Below are positions 23,700 to 31,177 of a DNA stretch of 31,177 nucleotides, in pieces. A program made the translations under genes and the position numbers. Each line of letters begins with the position of its first letter. The first letter of the stretch is position 1. The DNA lies in contig NC_057719.1 in assembly GCF_004010195.1 (NCBI RefSeq), forward strand, positions 89,309,204 through 89,340,380. Reading direction: 5' to 3'. The notes beneath the pieces are model-generated. The model saw nothing but the letters and a program-made list of their open reading frames with translations, was not told the DNA's origin and made no database searches. This stretch comes from Chiloscyllium plagiosum (Eukaryota).

Positions 23700-25130
23700 A
23701 ATCACCAGCAATGTAGCACTGAGTAAACTGCTGGAGATGCTAAGGAAATGGATCCTGACAAACTTCATTCTAGGATGTTAATACATGTGGCTAGTGATAT
23801 ACATTGGTTTCAACACTCCCAAATTCCCTTGATTTTGGAAAGGTAACACTAGATTGGAAGGTAGCATATGCTGACTCCTCCAAGGCAACACATTTTAAAA
23901 AAAAAAGGGCCACAATATTGCTCACAATATTCTAAATGCGCTCTGACAACATCCCAATATACAGCCTCAGCAGTATGCTTCCCCACGTACTCAAGCCCTC
24001 TTGAAATAATGCTAACATTGCATTTGCCTTCCTAACTACCAACTGTACCTGTATGTCCACATTAAAAAAATCCTGAACTTCAGATTTCCAAGTCCCTTTG
24101 TGTTTCAGATTTCTAAAGCCTTCCACCATTAAGAAAATAGTCTACGCTTCTATTCTTTCTACTGAAGTGCATAGCCCCTCACTTTCCCGTGCTGCATCCC
24201 TTCTGCCACTTAAAAATCTGCCTATCAGGGAGGAGGGAGTGGCGTGCTGTAGAGATCAGTGCTCGGACCTCAACTTTTAACGTAACTTATGGTAACCAAA
24301 TTTGATGTCATTATGAAAGTACTGGAATGGAAAGTTCAGGAAAAAAGACAAGTTATGAGTGGGTAAAGGTAGCAAATAAAAGTATAATATGATAAAATGT
24401 AAAATTGTCCATTTTGGCAGGAAGAATAGTATCTAAATGATGAGAGATTGCAAGTTAAAATTTTAGAGGAACCTGCGTATTCTCATGCATAAAGCCAAAA
24501 AGATTAGCATGCACGTACAGCAAGCAATTAGCAAAACTAATGAAATGTCACAATTTGACAGTGAAATAGAGTACAGAAGTGAAGAGATTATGCTTCAGTT
24601 ATACTACACAGAGACCACAACAAGAGCATTGGTCTCCTTATTTAAAGGACCTGCAAGTGAGTTGAAGATAGTTCAGAGAAGATTTATGAGACGAATACCT
24701 GGAAACAGCAGGTTGGATTATAGGAAGGATTAGAAAGGCTACGCTTGTAACTGTTTGAGTTGACTAAGTGCTGACTTGATTGAAGCATACAACATCCTGA
24801 GGGACCTTGAAAGAACACACGTGATGATGTACTGGGAGAATCTAGAACTCGAGGCTGTTGTTTTAAAATCAGTGGCTACCCAATCAAAACAGATTAAAAG
24901 AATTCTCTGTCTCAGAAGGTCATACGTCTTGGAATTCTTCCTGAGAAGTGGTGGAAGTAAAGTTCGCGAAAAAAAAAGGAAGAGGTAAACAGATTCTTGT
25001 TAACCAAAAGGGCGAAAGATTATCCAGGAGAGGCAGGAACATGGATTTCAAGGTTATAATCAGATTCGCCATGACCTCGTTCAATGGTGGAGCAAGCTTG
25101 AGGGGGTGAATGGGATACACTTTCTTTGTA
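23700..25130 (+). mobile_element. Old CR1 LINE (RT to 3' UTR) with a nested minus-strand CR1 piece at about 23930-24230
   Basis: IMLQLY, LKIVQRRFMRRIPG, LIEAYNILR on the plus strand; VQLVVRKANAMLA on the minus strand. Confidence 0.75.
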
Positions 25131-25273
25131 TGCTTTCAAATCAATACTCCAAACAATGCAAGCCTTACTGTTTTACACCTTAATTAAAATGACATGTCCG
25201 CAGTAATTTGCAATTATTACTGACAATTACACTTCAAGAATATATGAGATCTGACTGATATGCAATGACCTAC

Positions 25274-25424
25274 CCTCTGAAGCTCTGCATCTGGGTCAGG
25301 ATGCCCTTCTGCCAGCAAACGCTGCCGAATCTCCTCGTGCTCCTCCTTCTCTCGTTTGCGGTCCCTTTCATCGGCTTCTATTTCTTTTTCTCGATCTCTC
25401 AGACGCTTCTGCAAAGCGCTCCCT
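25274..25424 (-). CDS. RBM25: RBM25 coding exon (R-GSALQKRLRDREKEIEADERDRKREKEEHEEIRQRLLAEGHPDPDAELQR)
   Basis: 151 nt, tttag| acceptor, |gtagg donor; completes the AGA codon split by an 87 nt intron; matches part of ORF 25217..25465. Confidence 0.96.
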
Positions 25425-25511
25425 CTAAAGTTAAACAAGAAGATCATTTCATAGAACACAGGCATATGACAATAAACTGTAAACAGGTATTGCAGAAAGA
25501 CCTCAAATTAC

Positions 25512-25585
25512 CTGTAATACTTTGGATCATCTCTGTCATCATCATAATCTTCCAAAAACTCTTTCAGTCTTTTTGCTTCTTTTGC
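25512..25585 (-). CDS. RBM25: RBM25 coding exon (AKEAKRLKEFLEDYDDDRDDPKYY-R)
   Basis: 74 nt, catag| acceptor, |gtaat donor; translated by hand (absent from the ORF track); continues in frame from the 30373 exon and ends in phase 2. Confidence 0.96.
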
Positions 25586-25766
25586 CTATGCAGTGAAAGT
25601 CAATTATTAGCAAGACTTTTATGGTTCTTAATGTTTAACAAGTAAAATCGAACCTCTAACTCTAAAAACAGTGTTATTTCCTTCCTCCATTCCAGCACTG
25701 CACTTCAGTATTATGAACAACAGCACTCTGACAGTCTGGTCCCTCGTCTGCAGTACTTGCATCGGA

Positions 25767-25935
25767 GTCAAAAAGTGTGGCACTGGAAAAGCACACTAGT
25801 CAGGCAACATCCAAGCAGGAGAGTTGATCAGGTAGAGCTTTTGCTCGAAATGTTGACTCTCCTGCTCCTTGGATACTGCCTGACCAGCTGCTTTTTGACT
25901 CTCCTCTTCAGCATCTGCAGTCCTCAATTTCTCCT
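25767..25935 (+). mobile_element. Palindromic Penelope-like terminal element (family A, oldest copy)
   Basis: ctggaaaagcac..gtcaggcaacatccaag inverted against cttggatactgcctgacc; decayed gagcttttgctcgaaatgtt; 13/15 TSD agtact(t/a)gcatc(g/t)ga at 25752-25766 and 25936-25950. Confidence 0.7.
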
Positions 25936-26130
25936 AGTACTAGCATCTGAAGCCAGTAGAAGACAGAAGCCATAGAAGAAGATTGATCTCTCCTAGCCTT
26001 TCAATCTCACGATCTCCAACTCAGCGTTATGGCTGAAGCAAAGGGACCGCCTTGTGGAATGCATTAATCATGATCACTGCTGGGTGAGTAAGCTCAACAC
26101 AAAAGTGAAATCAAAAACTTCCTTTCTAAA

Positions 26131-27243
26131 GTTAAAAATCAACACAAGGTTATAGTCCAACAGGTTTATTTTGAAGAGCTGCTTCTTCATCAGGTGGTTG
26201 TGGAGCAGAATCATACGACCCAATTTATAGCAACAGGATTGCAGTGCCATTGGAATGTAATGTGAAACAAACTTAGGTGGTCTTTCATCTTTTAGAGTGA
26301 TCATGTTAGTTTGGGTTCCTTCCTACGTAAATCTCAGAACTTTTTCAAAGCTACATTCTCAAGGAAGCTTTTAACAATAGGTGCCATCTCAGCTCAGATA
26401 ACCGATTGAAGGTGTGAAGTTAAAGTCTGTGTCCCGATGTTAGGTCAGACTGATTTAGTGTGATTTACAGAATTTTACATGGATTTATAAAGTTTTGGAG
26501 CAAAATAAAATGTAATTCTGCAAGTACAAATTCACCTCACAAACATACGCTCATGCATGCGTGCAGGGGAGACCAAGGTATCGAACTTGGCTATCAGCCT
26601 CTGCTCAGCCACTGTGTTGTTGCCTATCCCAGAGTCCACCTTGGAGGATGATCGCCCAGAGGTCGGAGGGCAAATGTTCCGGACCACTGATGTGTTCCCC
26701 AACTGGGAGGCGTGGGGAAGGAGCACCTCACTCTACCGCAAACCCACAGATAACCTCACAATGCTACACTTCTCTAGCTTCCACCCTAAACATATAAAAA
26801 CAGCCATTCCCTACAAACAAGCGCTACATATACACAGGATCTGGTCAGATGAGGAGAAATGCGATGGACACTTGGAAGTAGTCAAGGAAGCCCTCATTGG
26901 AATGGGGTAGGATGCTCACTTCATTGACCGTCAGTTCCAACGTGCTACCTCAACCGGTACCTTAGATTCTCATTGCACGACAGGTGACCCCGCTGCACTA
27001 TACACACACACACCCACGCAACATCTCTCTCATAAGCTCACACATGCATCCCACACACTCACACCCACCCTTTTACAGGCTTATACCCCATTACATACCC
27101 ACATATTCACTCGGTCTCCCCTGGGCGTACACGTACAGGTTTTTGGGATGAATTTGTACTTGCAGAAGTACATTTTATTTTGCTCCAAAACTATATAAAT
27201 CCATGTAAAATTCTCTAAGTTACACTTTAGAAATAGAATCAAA
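26131..27243. mobile_element. Penelope-like element remnant (family C) with internal inversion: terminal repeat plus GIY-YIG C-terminus on minus, RT thumb plus terminal repeat on plus
   Basis: Plus: TSLYRKPTDNLTMLHFSSFHPKHIKTAIPYKQAL.IHRIWSD (PLE RT thumb); minus: VAEQRLIAKFDTL (GIY-YIG end); starts with the same gttaaaaatca..gttatagtccaacaggtttatt as 13087. Confidence 0.8.
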
Positions 27244-27282
27244 CTATAAATCATCTTAGTAAGCAAACTATAAATCATCTTA
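27240..27282 (+). repeat. 19 bp direct duplication caaactataaatcatctta separated by gtaag
   Basis: 27240-27258 and 27264-27282 are identical. Confidence 0.9.
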
Positions 27283-27894
27283 TCAATGGTTTTTGTTAGA
27301 ACCTTGGTTGATTGTTCATTATTTTTGATTCATATTTTTCTCAAGTTTAGTTTGGAGCTGAGAATTGAGAGCTGAAGATAACCTTTGGACTGTGAGTAGC
27401 AGCTCGTGTTTTCTTTTAAAAAAAAACAAACAAGCTGCTGCTTGTTTGAGAAGCCTGGCCCACAAGTTCATTGTTGGTTGATTCTTGATCAAAAAAATGT
27501 TGCAGATTCTTTGACACCAAGGAAAAGCAGTATGATTAACCGGACAGATCTTTGACCATTGACAAGGTCTGTATCTGGGAGCTGGCAATAAAAGCCTGGA
27601 AAGGAAGATGATGGTCAAACAGACAGGGTGGGAGGAACTGGCTTTTTGAATTGGGGCTCTGGACAGTGCTTCAGGGAAGAGGGGTTTGGTTGTTGATGCT
27701 ACAGAATGAAAATTTGAAAAAACTCCCTGCCTAACCACGTACTAGCAGCTACTGTAAGTTCAATGAAAAAAACCTAAATCTTAGGTGTCTAGAATTACAG
27801 ATTCTGGGATTGATTATTCAACTAGTCTGGGGGTCAATTTTGAGGGTCCTTGAAGTTTTATTTATACTGTATTAGAAATACACGATATTTTTAT

Positions 27895-27970
27895 TCAACC
27901 TGTTCAGGTGGGACTTGAAAATGGGCCTCCTGGCTTAGAGGCAGGGATACTCCCAATACACCACAAGAGC
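27895..27970 (-). mobile_element. Degenerate tRNA-derived SINE head
   Basis: Minus strand gctcttgtggtgtattggg...ttcaagtcccacctg has A-box-like and B-box-like spacing. Confidence 0.45.
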
Positions 27971-28449
27971 TCTCTGTGCTGCGAATATGAAGGTAGAAAA
28001 GCTGATTACGCTGTCTGCATCCATGTCATAACACTTGTACAGCTCAAAAATAGTTGCCAAATAGTTGAATTTGTCTATTCTTTTTGCACAAAGGCTCCAG
28101 CTAACAGCATTGAAAGTGTAACACCATAAGCAGTTCTAAGATTGCAAACACTTAATATTAGTAGTCACTTGATAGAACATGACGTGAGTTACGGATGAAA
28201 AAAGTTACATCAAATCTTTCACTTTGCACTCAGCAGAACAAAATCACAAGAATAGCAAATCTCAAAAGGGAATACCAACGTTTACTGATTGAGAAGAGGT
28301 GCCTTATTGGTTGGCAAGTGAGCTCTGATCAGCAGCAGCATTGCTATAGATAATGCACCAGGAAATGGCCCCCCCCCCTTCGATCATTCCGTCCCAAACC
28401 CTCCTTTCACCCTCCACCCACAAACGCATCGCCGTTCAAAATCACACTT

Positions 28450-29375
28450 CAAGTCATCGAGATTTACAGCACGGAAACAGATCCTTCGGTCCAAATCGTC
28501 CATGCCGCTCAGATATCCTAACCTAATCTGGTCTCATTTGCCTGCACTTGACCCATATCCCTCAAAGCTCTTCCTATTCATATACCCATCCAGATGATCT
28601 TTAAATGTTGCAATAGTACCAACCACCAACACTTCCTCTGGCTCCTCATTCCATACAAGTACCATCCTCTGTGTGAAAAAGCTGACCCTTAGGTCCCTTT
28701 TATATCTTTCCCTTCCCACCCTAAATCTATGCCCTCTGGTACTGGACACTCTCTCCACCCACCACCAGGGAAAAGACTTTGCCTATTTACCCTATCCATG
28801 CCCCTCATGATTCTGTAAACCTCTATGAAGTCACCCCTCAGCCTCCGAAGCTCCAGGGAAAACAGCCCCAGCCTATTCAGCCTCTCCCTTTTGCTCAAAT
28901 CCTCCAAACCTGGCAACATCCTTGAAAATCTTTTCTGAACCCGTTCAAGTTTCACAACATCCTTCCAACAGGAAGGAGGACCAGGATTTCACTCAACATC
29001 CCAAAAGTGGCCTAACCAACACCCTGTGCAGCCACAACATGACCTCCCAACTCCTGTAACTCAATACTCTGACCAATAAAGGAAAGCATATCAAACGCCT
29101 TCTTCACCATCCTATCTACTTGCAACTCTACTTTCAAGGAACTATGTACCTGCACTCCAAGGTCTCTTTGTTCAGCAACACTCCCTAGGACCTTACCATT
29201 CAGTGTATAAGTCCTCCTAAGATTGCCTTTTCCAATCACATTTATCTAAATTAAACTCCATCTGCCACTCCTCAACCCCTTGGCCCATCTGATCAAGATC
29301 CCGTTGTAATGAGGTAATGGTCTTTGCTATCTACTATACCTCCAATTTTGGTGACATCTGCAAGCTTACTAACTT
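28450..29375 (-). mobile_element. CR1 LINE, 5'-truncated (RT C-terminus plus 3' UTR)
   Basis: SKLADVTKIGG, EQRDLGVQVH, LERVQKRFSRMLPG, RRLRGDFIEVY; same subfamily as 3093-3700. Confidence 0.93.
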
Positions 29376-29662
29376 CTCCATAAAATTGCACTGTAGCCTT
29401 CACATATGATGTCTCAAATCGAGTGCATGCTTGTTTCTGGCTTAGCATGCATCCGCAACAGCACGTCAGCATGCACTGTCTAACCAAAAAATTGCTCACT
29501 ATTGTTATGCTCCACACAATAAGGATTGAATGCTGGGGGGGTGGGGTGATAACAACCATTCACTGATCTTTCTCGCAATCTCTCAGACTTGCTGCTGATT
29601 TTTGCTTCACTCAATTTGTGATTCTCTGTGACCTGCACTTCACTTAATTTGTGTCTGCATCC

Positions 29663-29970
29663 TGCAGCACGGTGGCACAATGGTTAGCACTGCTGCCTCA
29701 CAGTGCCAGGGACCCTGGTTCGATTCCGGTCTCAGGCAACTGTGTGTGAAGTATGCACATTTTCCCGGCGTCTGTGTGGGTTTCCTCTGGATGCTCCGGT
29801 TTCCTCTCAGTCCAAAGACGCGCAGACTACGTGAATTGGCCATGCTAAATTGCCCATAGTGTTCAGGGATATGGAGGTTAGGTGCATTAGTCAGGGGTTA
29901 ATGTACAGTAAGACAGTAGAGGAATGGGTCGGTGTGGACTTGTTGGGTCCACATGGCAGGAATTCTATGA
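29663..29970 (+). mobile_element. HE1-like tRNA-derived SINE
   Basis: gcagcacggtggcacaatggttagcactgctgcctcacag...ggttcgattcc; conserved central domain; CR1-like tail. Confidence 0.88.
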
Positions 29971-30372
29971 TTTCCCTTTCATTTTGGGAAGGACAACTTG
30001 CAGCATGATCTGTCAGGAAGATATTCAGTATTAAAACCTGGATTTCTTTGTATGTGAAGGCCTAACAATCACTCTACCCCTTTGCTCATTATTACTGTAC
30101 ATGCACTCCCAATCCTAACATCCACGTTTCCAGATATTTCCCTCAGCGCCCTGTAATCCTTTAAATCCTTTAAAACACATTACAATTGCTTTGTCATCTG
30201 CTGCCCAATTCCAGCACATTTTTTTGACTCCTCCTTTTGGGGCTCTTTCACAGGGACTGAGCGCCAAATCAAGGACAGAAATAGAATCATTTTTGGGCAG
30301 AGAAGTGAGGTCATATGATGTCAATAACCTGATCCCTTTCACTCTCACTACTCCCTTCCACATCACACTTAC

Positions 30373-30462
30373 CATTTCTCGCCTTCTTTCTTCCTCCCGT
30401 TCAGCTTCTTTCTCATAGTCTCTTGCTTTCTTCCGCTCCCTTATTTCCCAATTTTTAAGACG
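30373..30462 (-). CDS. RBM25: RBM25 internal coding exon (RLKNWEIRERKKARDYEKEAEREEERRREM), RE-rich region
   Basis: 90 nt, flanked by ttcag| acceptor and |gtaag donor; peptide recognised as near-identical to vertebrate RBM25; phase 0/0. Confidence 0.96.
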
Positions 30463-30519
30463 CTGAATCAAAAAGCCAAAAAGTAATTAAAATAGTTTGA
30501 AATAGTGAAGTTCAGAATT

Positions 30520-30820
30520 CATACTGTAAAACAATCAAGTCAGAGGGAGTGCAGCTGAATTAATTTTCAAGGGAGTAATGCAAGACTGGATGATCTTGAC
30601 TTTAATGCCAGGAGTATCATGGTAAAATGGCTGAGTTAAGGGTGATGACTAGTGCATGGAAGTGAGATATAGTAGCAACAGAGATGTGGTTGAAGGAGGG
30701 GCTCGATTGGCAACTGAACATTCCAGGGTATAGAATCTACAGACAAGACAAAAGAGGGAGGAAAAAAGGGGAGGGGACATTGTATTATTAGTTAAGGAGA
30801 TAGTTAGTGTAGTAAAGGAG
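30520..30820 (+). mobile_element. Old CR1 endonuclease N-terminal remnant
   Basis: tttaatgccaggagtat, gatatagtagcaacagagatgtggtt, ttccagggtataga, ggaggggacattgtattattagtt. Confidence 0.6.
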
Positions 30821-30984
30821 CCCAACGTGTTTCAGCTATGGTGACAGAAAGGAGTAACAAGCCAGCACACCATGGATAACCAGATATATTCAGGATGTAA
30901 TAAGAAAAAGAAATCAGGCTTTTTGCAGGTATAAGGGGAACACATGAGTACAGGCAGTACAGAAAACGGACAGTGGAGCTTAAG

Positions 30985-31177
30985 AAAGACCATAAGACAT
31001 CGGAGCGGAAGTAAGGCCATTCGGCCCATCAAGTCCACTCCGCCATTCAATCATGGCTGATGGGCATTTCAACTCCACTTACCCGCATTCTCCCCGTAGC
31101 CCTTAATTCCTTGTGACATCAAGAATTTATCAATCTCTGCCTTAAAGACATTTAGCATCCTGGCCTCCACTGCACTC
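30985..31177 (-). mobile_element. Young CR1 LINE 3' end (continues beyond the window)
   Basis: aagaccataagacat tail; CpG-retaining ggccattcggcccatc...ccgccattcaatcatggctgat. Confidence 0.85.

Noticed and set aside
1..31177. CRISPR array or prokaryotic system
   Set aside because: No repeat-spacer array; spliceosomal gene and vertebrate retroelements throughout

Overview
This is a vertebrate genomic window, most likely from a cartilaginous fish (shark). That assignment is inferred from the HE1-like SINEs and the dense CR1/HER1-like LINE content. The only supportable protein-coding gene is RBM25 (splicing factor, LUC7L partner) on the minus strand. Eight GT-AG-bounded coding exons (30462 down to the TAG stop at 11397) splice in frame into the RE/RD-rich region, the acidic linker and the C-terminal PWI domain. 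They are followed by an AT-rich, repeat-poor 3' UTR with candidate poly(A) signals. The 5' exons lie beyond the window. Almost all other listed ORFs are decayed CR1 LINE pieces, plus a Rex1/Babar-like LINE, tRNA-derived SINEs and Penelope-like element (PLE) remnants. The most striking unexplained structure is a recurring class of short (90-300 bp) fold-back palindromic insertions from at least three unrelated sequence families. Each is bounded by a 10-15 bp target-site duplication, and most carry a minimal type I hammerhead-ribozyme motif (CUGANGA-extra nt-stem II-GAA-palindromic stem III-NUH) at or near the hairpin apex. The youngest copy (20974-21200, inside an RBM25 intron) is a perfect 95 bp palindrome with an intact hammerhead core on both strands.
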